A DNA stretch of 50,130 nucleotides. Origin: Saprolegnia diclina VS20. Lineage: Eukaryota. Below are positions 11,557-22,422 of this stretch, piece after piece. Below the pieces are notes generated by a model. That model had not been told where the DNA came from and made no database searches. It saw only the letters and a program-made list of their open reading frames with translations. The translations under genes were made by a program, and so were the position numbers. The stretch lies in the NCBI RefSeq assembly GCF_000281045.1, contig NW_008246112.1, forward strand, positions 200,909-251,038, in the 5' to 3' direction. Positions within the stretch are counted from its first letter, which is position 1, and every line of letters begins with the position of its first letter.

Positions 11557-12210
11557 TAGTCTTTATAATCGAATGTGATTCCTAGGTTAGAGTTAAGGCA
11601 ATTGAGCATTTTGATTTCGGTGGAGATCTTAGTGTTGTAGCAAATTGCTTGATTGTGTGATGCAGTCGAATGCTGCAACGTGGGATGCATCTTGCATGGA
11701 GGCTTGTGCTGCTTGTGCTACAGAATGGTGACACATGTCCGAAATTCCTATCCTGACGTATGCAAATGTCTTTGTGACTCAATCGTGGTCAGTCTTGCAG
11801 CTTTGCTCGGAAAGAAGAGCAACGAGTGCGACTTTCTTCTCCACGGCGTTCTTGCTTTCTCATTGGCAGTTGCTATCACCATGTCGTTCCTAACTTGGCG
11901 ATTATTGTCTCTCGCACGCCCGCAGCTGGTGTCCCCACCGTCCGTCCGTTGACAGAAGCGAATGGCGATCTTTGCGACAAAACATCCGGATGAGATCCTA
12001 TCATTTTGTAACATTCCTTGTACGAGAGTACCAAGGTCTCGCGCTATCGCACAGGGCTCATTTGCTCCACTGTCCAGCACAAACCATTCAGTACGAGGAG
12101 GTACTGTACTAGCATGCAGGGGGAACCTCCGTGGCCGTTGGACAGGCATTTTCGAAGGTTACATGGTATACGTAGTTCGACAGGAAACGTTTGACGGTGC
12201 AATTATTCCG

Positions 12211-13777
12211 ATGCTGGCAACGACCGACGAGACCTCCGGCGAGGCCATCGCGGTGGACCCGCGTCTTTCCGCGAGCTCGCCACGCCTGCCAAGCGTCGTG
12301 GTCTACCTCATTCTGGAGGCCATCGATGCCGGGCGAGACGCTGCCGCTCGAGCTCGCTGCGCTCCGCGACCTCGGCGCCGCTGTCGACCTCGCCGACCAC
12401 TGGCCGGTCGTGCACGTGACCAAGATTCCGATTCAACATGTTCAACTTGCCGTTGCCGCGCTGCCAACCTTTGCCGGTATCTACATTGATGCTGGCTTTA
12501 TGGCGCTGGCGTGGCTGGACGCGACCTTGCCGCCGACGATACCGCTAACACTGGTCCTTGACCCGTCCGAATCTGGTGTACCCGGCGCCATTGCATACAA
12601 CTGGGGCGATCGCATCTCCGAGGTCATTGTCAAGGGCCATGCCGTGGACCCGGACCCGGTCCCCGAATTCCTGTCCCGCTGCGTGAACGTGCAATGTGTG
12701 ACGATCGAGGACGCTGCGACGCCACTCGTCGCCGCAGCATGCTTGGCAGCGTTACCAACCAACCACTTGCATGCGCTCCGAGTCCATGTCGTGTCGCCTG
12801 GTGCGCTTGACGCCGCTGCGATCGTTGCGTGGCTTCATGGACCCTGCGCTGTATGCTTTTCTCTGTCTTGCGAGACCGTGCTGGACCCGACAGCGCTGGC
12901 GATCGCGATTGCATCATGCGAGTCGCTGTCGTCGCTGAGCTTTGAAAACGCCATGGACGTCCAGGACGCCTTGGCGACCTCAGAATACAAGTTGGACCAC
13001 ATTTTGTCGCTCTCGCTGGGTCTCACATCGGGACCGTACGTGAACGTGCTCGCAATTCTGCATCCAAGCGTCGTCGCCCGCATTACACTGGCCAAGACCC
13101 AAGGAGAGGCGTTGGTGCTGCCCTACATCGTCGACGCGCTGGGCGAGTGCACCATGCTCGAGGAGGTTTCGCTTGTCAATGCGCACATTTCACCAATGTC
13201 GACGACAAGGAAGATGGGGCATTGCGTCTGGCTTACGAGTGTTGCGATCAAGTGGTCGACGTTCGCCGCGCTGTGCGACGTGCCCAAACTCATCCAGTGG
13301 TTCTCGACCTCGCGCCAACTCGCGTCAGTCGACTTGACTGGCACCGCGCTCGGCAAGGCAGGCGTCGTCGAGCTGGCGCGGGCGCTCCCTGCGTGGATGG
13401 CGAGAGGCCTCCAGAGTCTCAATCTGGAAGCAATGGGACTTAAAGATGACGATGTGGTCGTCCTTGCGGTCGCGCTTGCGTCGAGCCGCAACTGCCGCCG
13501 GCTGGCGATCAATTTGGCGGGAAATCAACTGACTAACGCGTCGGTGCCGTTGCTATTGACGACGCTGGGGGCATGTCGTGATGTCATATTGCACTTGAGC
13601 GGTCTTTTCGTCGACACTGGTCGCGCCTCGAATGCGCATGACCGGCGTGATTCATATGCGAACGAACGCCAAGCAATCCGAGACCTCATGAAGTTGCACC
13701 AGCTCCAGTACATTGCGTCCAGCACGTTTGCGTCGCCGTCGCGCACCTCATCGCCATGGCACCCCATCTGCTTGTAA
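12211..13777 (+). pseudogene. Family copy 4, frameshift near 5' end; an N-truncated product is possible
   Basis: MLATTDETSG...LPSVVVYLILEAIDAGRD is in one frame and TLPLELAALRDLG... in another, because of a ~35-nt deletion at ~12340. The rest is open to TAA at 13777. Confidence 0.7.
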
Positions 13778-14060
13778 TTGCATCAATTGCGATTTTCCCT
13801 ACGCTGTACCTCGTCTCTCGAACATGTGCATTATCCAACACGCTGTCGTCATGAGCGATGAACATGAAAATCGTGCGTGCTGGGCCTCGGTTGAGTTCAT
13901 TGTCAAGCCCATGAGCAAGCGCAAGGCAGGGGTATAGTCCGAGGAGCAAGGAGCAAAAGTTACCTCGCGTACTAGTATCCAATTTTGAAAATAATACATT
14001 GCTGGAGGTATTCATTATGACAGTTTTGAGTGGCGCGCTCCGATATTTTGTCTGCCAGTG

Positions 14061-15401
14061 ATGGCCGATGCAACCGAGACCAAGCGGGTTTGTGTGCGCA
14101 AGGCTGTCACACGCTCGCCGAGCCTGCCAAGCGCCGTGGTCTACCTCATTCTTGAAGCGCTCCGCGATGGAAAGAGCGTGACCGCCTTTCTGGCAGCCCT
14201 ACCACCAATGACGCTGCCGCCCGAGCTCATTGCGCTCCGCGACCTCGGCGCTGTCGTCAACCTCGCCCAGCACTGGCCGGTCGCGCAGATCACCGAGATT
14301 CCGCTCCAGTACGCTCGGCTTGGTATGCCAGCGCTACCAGTTTTTGCCGGTGTCTACATTGAATCTGGCTTTACGGCCCTCCATTGGCTCGACGCAACGC
14401 CCAAGAGAGCCGTGACGCTGATCGTGGATCCATCCGTGCCTGGCACGCTCACAACATTTGTGTACAACTGGGGTGATCGCATTACCGCTGTCGTTATCAA
14501 GGGTCACAAGGTCCATCCGGACCCGATCCCGGACATGCTTGTGCGCTGCGTCAACGTCCAGAGTGCGAGCATCGAGGGCGCCGAGACGCAAGCAGCGGCT
14601 GCTGCGTACCTTACGGCGCCATCGAAGCAGCACTTGCGTACGCTCAAGGTGACTGCCAACGCGACGGGCTCGTTGGACACTAGCGCCATCGTCGCCTGGC
14701 TCCAGGGACCCAGTGCAACGTCCCTCGACCTCGCGTGCGCCTCTGTGCGGGATCCGGCGGCGCTGGCCAGCGCGGTGCAAGCATGTGCTACGCTCTCAAC
14801 ATTGCGTCTCGATGGTGTCGTGGACGTTCAAGCCGCCTTGGCGACGGGCAGTTTGCACCACGTCACGCTCCTCTCGTTGCGCTCGTCATCAGGGGAGCAC
14901 GGTATTCCGATCCTCGCCACGTTGGATCGGACCAAGATTCTCTCTTTTACATTCGAAAATACCCATGCGGATGTGCTTCCAGTGGCCAATGCCATTCGCA
15001 CGATGGGGGAGTGCACCGCACTCGAGACTATGACGCTCACGAAATGGCGACTCTCGGCTGTGACGACGACCGGCGCTTGTCCACGGCTCGTGACCGCGAC
15101 GCTGCGTCAACTGACGTGTGCACCGACGAGCGTCTCAAAAATCATCCAGTGGCTCTCGACCTCCCGCCGCCTCACACATGTGGATTTCGCTGGCACCGTG
15201 CTCGGCAACGAAGGCGTCTTGGAGCTGGCGCGGGCGCTGCCTGCGTGGATGATGCGCGGCCTTGAGACGCTCAAACTTGAAGCCACGGGACTCACGAATG
15301 ACGATGCGGTCGTCCTAGCGGTTGATGGGCACGATAAAGTGTTCGTTGAGCTCCTTGCAAATCTTGCGCGCGCTCTAGAGCAACGAGCTTGTCATGGCTA
15401 G
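14061..15401 (+). CDS. Family copy 5, 3'-truncated, with a tail read from the antisense strand of PTPS
   Basis: Paralog homology stops at DDAVVLAV (~15322). The last ~25 codons are the reverse complement of PTPS sequence. Confidence 0.7.
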   Translation: MADATETKRVCVRKAVTRSPSLPSAVVYLILEALRDGKSVTAFLAALPPMTLPPELIALRDLGAVVNLAQHWPVAQITEIPLQYARLGMPALPVFAGVYIESGFTALHWLDATPKRAVTLIVDPSVPGTLTTFVYNWGDRITAVVIKGHKVHPDPIPDMLVRCVNVQSASIEGAETQAAAAAYLTAPSKQHLRTLKVTANATGSLDTSAIVAWLQGPSATSLDLACASVRDPAALASAVQACATLSTLRLDGVVDVQAALATGSLHHVTLLSLRSSSGEHGIPILATLDRTKILSFTFENTHADVLPVANAIRTMGECTALETMTLTKWRLSAVTTTGACPRLVTATLRQLTCAPTSVSKIIQWLSTSRRLTHVDFAGTVLGNEGVLELARALPAWMMRGLETLKLEATGLTNDDAVVLAVDGHDKVFVELLANLARALEQRACHG

Positions 15402-15713
15402 TCCCAACGAGAGGTCGCGCACCGATTTGATCTGGCCAAAGTCCAACACGTAGCCGTCGTGGCCAACCGAGTGGCCGTAGATGGTCACGGACAAACGGTA
15501 GTTGTGGCCATGGAGGCGTTCGCGGAAGCCCTAGTTGATAGCGTGAGGCCATGCTGGTGCGCAATGCCGATGCACCTTGTACGCGATGAAGTGGGCCGCG
15601 TTGAACTTCATGTAGTCCTTCGAGACGAAGACCTTGTAGACATCAGTGGGCTTGGACACTATAGGCAGGCAGGTGTCAGCCACGAACGCTGGTCGTCGAC
15701 GTCGTGAACCCAT
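15315..15713 (-). pseudogene. 6-pyruvoyltetrahydropterin synthase, type III signature, C-terminally truncated (2 introns)
   Basis: Spliced product ...VFVSKDYMKFNAAHFIAYK|GFRERLHGHNYRLSVTIYGHSVGHDGYVLDFGQIKS|SARKICKELNEHFIVPINR*. Has the FxAAH and HGHNY Zn-binding motifs and stops well before the normal C-terminus. Confidence 0.8.
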
Positions 15714-16385
15714 CGTGGTTGGCACAGCGGGCAGCGGCTGGGGAACTGCGGCGCGCGATGATCGTCCGTTCTTGTCATAACCGGATACCGTAACCCGTAT
15801 CCGGTTGAAAGGCTTCGGTGCGAACTTCGCCGAAGATCCGGCGACCTTCAACCGAAGATCTCAACCGAAGATCCGGCTGCCTTCGACTGACTAAAGTGCG
15901 GGTTGCGTCGACTGGACATCGCAGGCGACGTAGCGCGTGGGTTTTTGGGGTTTTGGGACAAACCTGTCGCCACGCTTCGCGACACCACAAGCATCCAGTG
16001 GATACTCGGACACTTATCCGGATTATCCTTGCTATTTCACACGCTGGGTGCTTGTTCAAGTGCCTCAAGTCGTCACTCGACGCCCCTCTGCACGACAAGC
16101 AAACGACGATCTTAGTCCCGCGCCATCTCGTCTTCGATGGACCGTTTCGGTCCCGGTTATTGACCTGTCGATTCGAAGGATCCAATGTGCGGCCAACACG
16201 CCTTGTCCTTTTGGTCCCTTAGTTGGACAGGATAGACAACTCTCACGTAGTAGCCTTGACGACTTGACCAGAGCTGTCCTCTCCTCGTCGCCACAGACGC
16301 CTTCGCTTTGTGAATGCATCGATCGACTTGATCATAAACGTCAACAATCCGCACAGCTCCGTGGACTGCAGGGCTTGTAAACCAT

Positions 16386-16560
16386 CGAACTTTCTAGATT
16401 CGGGTTTTCAACCAATCCGCGGGCGACGTGATGGCCGACAATTCAATTTCCTCCAATCACATGCGTTGAAACCAAACGAGCTTGGTGTTTGTATGCGTGC
16501 TTCTCGAAAGTGCATTTTGCGGTCCCAGTCATTTGACGCGAATTTCATTTTCGAATTTGC
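16386..16560 (+). promoter_or_regulatory. HSP70 promoter: HSE-like nGAAn/nTTCn arrays, CCAAT boxes and Inr/FPR
   Basis: cGAActTTCtaGAt at ~16386-16400, cTTCtcGAAa at 16500-16509, CCAAT at ~16411 and ~16453, and TCATTTTCGAATTTGC at 16545-16560. Confidence 0.55.
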
Positions 16561-16575
16561 TCGCCAAGAATCAAG

Positions 16576-17880
16576 ATGTCTGGTGTCCAAGGTGCTTCCG
16601 TCGGTATCGATCTCGGTACGACCTACTCGTGCGTCGGCGTGTGGCAGAACGACCGCGTCGAGATCATCGCCAACGACCAGGGTAACCGCACGACGCCCTC
16701 GTACGTCGCCTTCACGGACTCGGAGCGCCTCATCGGTGACGCCGCCAAGAACCAGGTGGCCATGAACCCCACCAACACGGTCTTCGACGCCAAGCGCCTC
16801 ATTGGCCGCAAGTTCAACGACCCCGCCACGCAGGCCGACATCAAGCACTGGCCCTTCAAGGTCACGCCCGGCGCCGGCGACAAGCCCCAGATCACGGTCG
16901 AGTTCAAGGGCGAATCCAAGACGTTCCAGCCCGAGGAAATCTCGTCGATGGTGCTCATCAAGATGAAGGAAGTCTCGGAGGCCTTTATCGGCTCGCCCGT
17001 CAACAACGCCGTCATCACAGTCCCGGCCTACTTCAACGACTCGCAGCGCCAGGCCACGAAGGATGCCGGTGCCATTGCCGGCCTCAACGTGCTCCGCATC
17101 ATTAACGAGCCCACGGCCGCCGCCATCGCGTACGGCCTCGACAAGAAGGGCGGTGAGCGCAACGTGCTCATCTTCGATCTCGGCGGTGGTACCTTCGATG
17201 TGTCGCTCTTGACGATCGAGGAAGGCATCTTCGAAGTCAAGGCCACGGCCGGTGATACCCACCTTGGCGGTGAAGATTTTGACAACCGCCTCGTCGACCA
17301 CTTCACGGCCGAGTTCAAGCGCAAGCACCGCAAGGACATGACGTCCAACCAGCGCGCCCTCCGCCGCCTTCGCACGGCTTGCGAGCGCGCCAAGCGTACG
17401 CTCTCGTCGTCGGCCCAGGCCTACATCGAAATTGACTCGCTCTTTGACGGTGTCGACTTCAACTCGACCATCACGCGTGCCCGTTTCGAGGACATGTGCG
17501 GCGACTACTTCCGCAAGACGATGGAGCCCGTCGAGAAGGTCCTCCGCGACTCGAAGCTCTCGAAGAGCCAGGTCCACGAAGTCGTCCTTGTCGGTGGCTC
17601 GACCCGTATCCCCAAGGTCCAGCAGCTGCTCTCGGACTTCTTCAACGGCAAGGAGCCCTGCAAGTCGATCAACCCCGATGAGGCCGTCGCCTTCGGCGCC
17701 ACGGTTCAGGCCGCTATCCTTTCGGGTAACGACTCGTCGGAGAAGCTCCAGGACTTGCTCCTCCTCGATGTCACGCCGCTCTCGCTCGGTTTGGAGACGG
17801 CCGGCGGTGTCATGACGACGCTCATCCAGCGTAACACGACGGTGCCCACGAAGAAGTCGCAGACGTTCTCGACGTACGCC

Positions 17881-17912
<32 letters not shown>

Positions 17913-18534
17913 CGAAGGCGAACGCTCGATGACGCGCGACAACAACTTGCTCGGCAAGTTCTCGCTCGACGGCATCCCGCCCATGCCCCGTGGTGTCCCC
18001 CAGATTGATGTCACGTTCGACATTGATGCCAACGGTATCTTGAACGTCTCGGCCGTCGAGAAGTCGACCGGCAAGGAGAACAAGATCACGATCACGAACG
18101 ACAAGGGTCGCCTCACCAAGGACGACATTGAGCGCATGGTCCAGGAAGCCGAGAAGTACAAGTCGGAGGACGAAGCCAACAAGCTCCGCATCGAAGCCAA
18201 GAACGGCCTCGAGAACTACGCGTACAACCTCCGCAACACGCTCAACGACGAGAAGCTCCAGGGCAAGATCGACGAGGCCGACAAGAAGGCCATCGACGAC
18301 AAGGTCACGGACGTCATCAACTGGCTCGACGCCAACCAGTCGGCCGAGAAGGAGGAGTTCGAGGCCAAGCAGAAGGAGCTCGAGGGCATTGCCAACCCCA
18401 TCATGCAGAAGATGTACGCTGCTGCTGGTGGCGCCCCCGGCGGTATGCCCGGCGGCATGCCCGACATGGGCGGCGCTGGTGCCCCCCCTCCGGCCTCGCA
18501 CGCCCAGGGCCCCAAGATTGAGGAAGTCGACTAA
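16576..18534 (+). CDS. HSP70: Cytosolic heat shock protein 70
   Basis: 652 aa with [21 protein letters not shown] and [12 protein letters not shown] signatures, GGMP repeats and a C-terminal EEVD. Confidence 0.99.
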
Positions 18535-18735
18535 ATTAGATAGTTGCGACCATTAATCTGAGCTTATTTTGAGTACCATCACGACTCTTTTTACTCAGCA
18601 AGCGGAGAGGTCAGCAACCTGTATATAAGGTCCCAAGTGTTATCCGGCAAATTACGGATAATCTCAGACGAGTCAACAACGCAACAATCACTCTGTTGAC
18701 ACGGATACGGAGCTGCCATTTGCACATTGACGACG

Positions 18736-20892
18736 ATGGCCTCGCCTGTGCTTCGATCATCCGACCTCGTCGAAGTCATTGCGTCGTTCCAAGAAGGACT
18801 GCCGCAGGACTTGGCGGCTGTCCAGCGCCTCGCCGACGCTGTCGAGCTCACGCCGTGCTCGCCATACGCAAACTGTGAGCAAACGGGGTACCTCGCCCAC
18901 GTCCCAGCCCGGTTCGCGTGCCTGCCGTACCTGGAGGGATACCCCCACCCGACAACCAAGCTGCGTCACCACGCGCTCTTTGTCTCGCCGCGCTTCTACG
19001 ACCGTGCCCTCGCGCTCCATCTCTCGATCGTCGACGGTGATATGGCGCTCGTCGAGCGCTGGCTGCGATGGGATGCCTCGCTGTGTACGTCGGCGACGCT
19101 CGAGCTTGCTGCTGCTGCGTCCCAAGGTCCGATTCTGCGTCTCCTTTTTGAGCAGTTTGCTACGCTGGCCACGCCCAAGATGATGGACCTCGTCGCCATG
19201 TCAGGCGACCTGGTGCTTTTGCGTTGGCTCCACGAGGCAGGTGCAAAGTGCTCCACCGCCGCGATGGACGGTGCGGCCATGAACGGGCATGATGACGTAG
19301 CCGTCTTTCTGCACTCGATGCGGACCGAGGGCTGTACGATTGCGGCGGCAACCGCAGCAGCCATCAATGGCCATGCATCGATCGTTCGATTCCTTCTCGA
19401 GCAGCGCACCGAAGGCGTCAACCCGTCGCTTCGATTCCAAGTGCCACATGGGACGCACACGACGCGCAGTGTTCGTGGGGCGACGCACCTCGCGGCCGTC
19501 GACCTCGTCGCAGCCCGCGTCGAGCTGACAAACGCGGCCCTCCAATCGCTGGTGGAGAGAGCGGGGCTTGCGATCCTTCAACACGTCTACGTGCGGGGGT
19601 ACCTAAAGAAGATGACCAAGCCATTCCTGGAGCTGGCAGTCGCCAAGCAAGACCACGCAATGCTGCGCTACGTCCTTCACTGCATTAACCAAGAGAATCT
19701 GCGACCATTCAGCGACGACGAGTGGCTGCCACGTGATGCGCCAAAGGAACCCTCATCGTTGGAGGCTTTACTTGCCGGCGGTGACAGTCCATTCAGCCGA
19801 TGGGAACACTGCCAAGTGATGGAGCTCGCTGCTTTCAACGGCGACATGGCGTCGCTCGAGCTCTTGCACACGAGTCGCCTTCGCGCCGGGTCGGAGCATG
19901 CTATCGTCTACGCAGCCTACCGCGGCCACATGCACGTGCTCGAGTGGCTCCATCAAAACCGACGCGATGGCTGCAATGAAGACGCAATGGCGCTTGCGGC
20001 CGCCCGTGGCCACTTTGACGTCGTGCGCTGGCTTCACGAGGTCTACGGGGTTTGGCGGACGCCTGCTGCCTTGGCCACGGCGGTCTACACAGGTCACCTC
20101 GCGATGGTGACGTACCTCTTGGATGTGCCAACGGGCGGCGTCGACCGACAAAAAAAAGTTGCTAAAAACAGTGGCGTGTGCGCAGCGCTGCCAGAGCGAG
20201 ATGGCTATCTTGGCAGCTCGCAGGGCGACTACGTCCGAGGGTCGCCAGCGCATTGGGCAGCGAGCCAAGGCCACCTTGAGATCTTGGAGCTGCTCGTCGC
20301 TCGTGGCTACGAGGTGCTACCGAGCGCAATGGACGCAGCTGTGGAAAATGGCCACTTGCACATCGTGCGCTACCTGCACGAGGGTCCGGAGCAGCGTTTT
20401 TGCAGCCGTCGACCCCTTGTGAATGCGATTTTGAAGACGCATGATAACACCGTCGCCTACGTCCTCTCGCGCCGCTGCTGGCAACTCGGTTCGGACAGCG
20501 TCGACATGGATTTGTACTGGCTGCTCGTGGCCACCGCACGCAGTGGACGCCTCGACATCTTGAAGCTTCTGAGCGATGCTTTACCGATACCAACGACGCT
20601 ACCAGCTCGCGTCTCGGAGCGCATGATGATCAGAGCAGCGTCCTATAACCACCTCGACATGCTCCGGCATTTGCACGAAGTCGTCGGCTTGGAATGGACG
20701 CCTTTGGTTCACGAGGCAGCGATGCGCCGCGGATCCAAGAAGGTACTGCGCTACTTGCAGACGCTTGGGCCTCCGGCGACCTCCGTCTACGTCGTCGACG
20801 ACCTTACGTTGTGGCAAGAGCACTATGACTTTATTCTCACCATGGAAACAGTCGACGGACACTGGCGTGCGAGACCCATGTACATACGCTAG
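18736..20892 (+). CDS. Ankyrin-repeat protein (expanded oomycete type)
   Basis: Repeated MDxAAxNGHLxxVxxLHxxRxEGC units in an intronless ORF. Confidence 0.85.
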   Translation: MASPVLRSSDLVEVIASFQEGLPQDLAAVQRLADAVELTPCSPYANCEQTGYLAHVPARFACLPYLEGYPHPTTKLRHHALFVSPRFYDRALALHLSIVDGDMALVERWLRWDASLCTSATLELAAAASQGPILRLLFEQFATLATPKMMDLVAMSGDLVLLRWLHEAGAKCSTAAMDGAAMNGHDDVAVFLHSMRTEGCTIAAATAAAINGHASIVRFLLEQRTEGVNPSLRFQVPHGTHTTRSVRGATHLAAVDLVAARVELTNAALQSLVERAGLAILQHVYVRGYLKKMTKPFLELAVAKQDHAMLRYVLHCINQENLRPFSDDEWLPRDAPKEPSSLEALLAGGDSPFSRWEHCQVMELAAFNGDMASLELLHTSRLRAGSEHAIVYAAYRGHMHVLEWLHQNRRDGCNEDAMALAAARGHFDVVRWLHEVYGVWRTPAALATAVYTGHLAMVTYLLDVPTGGVDRQKKVAKNSGVCAALPERDGYLGSSQGDYVRGSPAHWAASQGHLEILELLVARGYEVLPSAMDAAVENGHLHIVRYLHEGPEQRFCSRRPLVNAILKTHDNTVAYVLSRRCWQLGSDSVDMDLYWLLVATARSGRLDILKLLSDALPIPTTLPARVSERMMIRAASYNHLDMLRHLHEVVGLEWTPLVHEAAMRRGSKKVLRYLQTLGPPATSVYVVDDLTLWQEHYDFILTMETVDGHWRARPMYIR

Positions 20893-21265
20893 CCGCGGAG
20901 GGCGGATAAAGAGGATTTAACATAGCCCGTCAGTATTATGGACGCTTGATATAGCTTAGATCTTGCGAGTGGAAGGAATTGTCCACCATGCACCTGGACT
21001 TGTTGGCGTCGATGAAACCTGCCCTTATCAACTCGCGCCAAGTGAACGGCACGCTTGTGCGCTCGCGTCCCGAGGTGGTTGTTGAAGTTAGAGTCGAGTG
21101 AATGGCTCCCAGCGATGCTGCCACGTCGTCATAGCTCCAACATGACGGGCGATGGCAGAGAAGACACGGCGAGTGCCAAGGTCAGACCGCGTTTTTGGAA
21201 ACGTTGCAAATGATGAGGCTCTATTGATGCTGCTATGTATCGCTCCGTAGGGACATGATGGTCGT

Positions 21266-22311
21266 CTACGCTTCGTCACCGAGCGACTGGAGGGCCTTGA
21301 TGGCCTTGGCCAGCTCCCGCACCAGCTTGGCAATCTCGGCCGCGTCCTTGGGCTTGGTCGCCGCTTCGAGCTGGCCGAGTGCCGTGTCCATTTTCTACGC
21401 AGCAAGAGGGTCGCGGCGCGACATCAACATGCGTCGTGTACCTCGTACAGGACGTCGATCGCCATGCGGTTCATCGCTGCAAAGTCAAACTCGTTGGGCA
21501 CCGAGAGCGCGCGCCGCTTGGCCACTAGATGATCGCAATTCGATCTTCAGTTTCTCAAAGTCGGAACGTACGCGGCGACGTTGGCGGCGGGGGCGGCGTG
21601 TGCTTTGGCGCTACAACCGGGCTTGGCGGCGCCGAAGAGGCCTCCGAGACCGCCGAAGTCTCTGTCGTTGTCTGGGTGTGCGCCGCCATCTCTTCTTCGG
21701 TCATCACATACTGCTCGCAGTTGACGCAGTACATCTAATGCACGTAGACATTTGGAGGACGATGCATGGACAAGCGGCGAACCTGGCCTTCGCGGCTGCG
21801 CATCAATGGCATCAAGCACTCGGGCACGGGGCAATGTAAACCGAGCAGCGTCCAGCCCTACACGACCGGTGCTTCGACTCGAGAGAACTGATCGAGATGG
21901 CATAGTAGTACCTGCAGCATCTTTTCGCCCATCTTGGCGCTGGCCGCGTCGCGCTTCTTCTTCTTCTCGCGGTAGGCCGCCGCTTCGGCCTCGGACTCCT
22001 GCCATGGCGCCTCGACCTTGACAGCCTCAACCTTGGGCTCTGGCGCTTTGGGCTCTGGCACCTTGGTCGTCTCGTTCTTGGCAGCAAGCTCGGTGCTGAA
22101 CCAGCGCTCGCACTTGACGCAGTAAACCTTGTGCGCTTGCTTCTTCGTGCTCATCAACGGCGTGTAGCACTCGTCGACGGGGCATGTCTCGGCGAGCAAT
22201 GCCCAGCCGAGAAGCATCTTCTCCGACATGCGGTTGCTCACCATGTCACTCTCGCTCTACACAGCGCACGCATCACGAGGCCGCCCGGACGCGATGAGCG
22301 CAGCTCACCAT
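21266..22311 (-). CDS. Autoantigen p27 / ZNRD2 (SSSCA1)-like protein with two Zn-ribbon domains
   Basis: Two repeats, MSEKMLLGWALLAETCPVDECYTPLM...YCVKC and MGEKMLQ|GWTLLGLHCPVPECLMPLM...|MYCVNC, joined through GT-AG introns. Confidence 0.75.
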
Positions 22312-22422
22312 TGCTGCTGCAAAGTCCTTTTATCCGGACAGCGCCGGATCGCACCGATTACAAGATAAAAGACCGTACTAAAAGAACGAAAAAGAAATAG
22401 AAAAAGAATGCGTTGGCACGAT

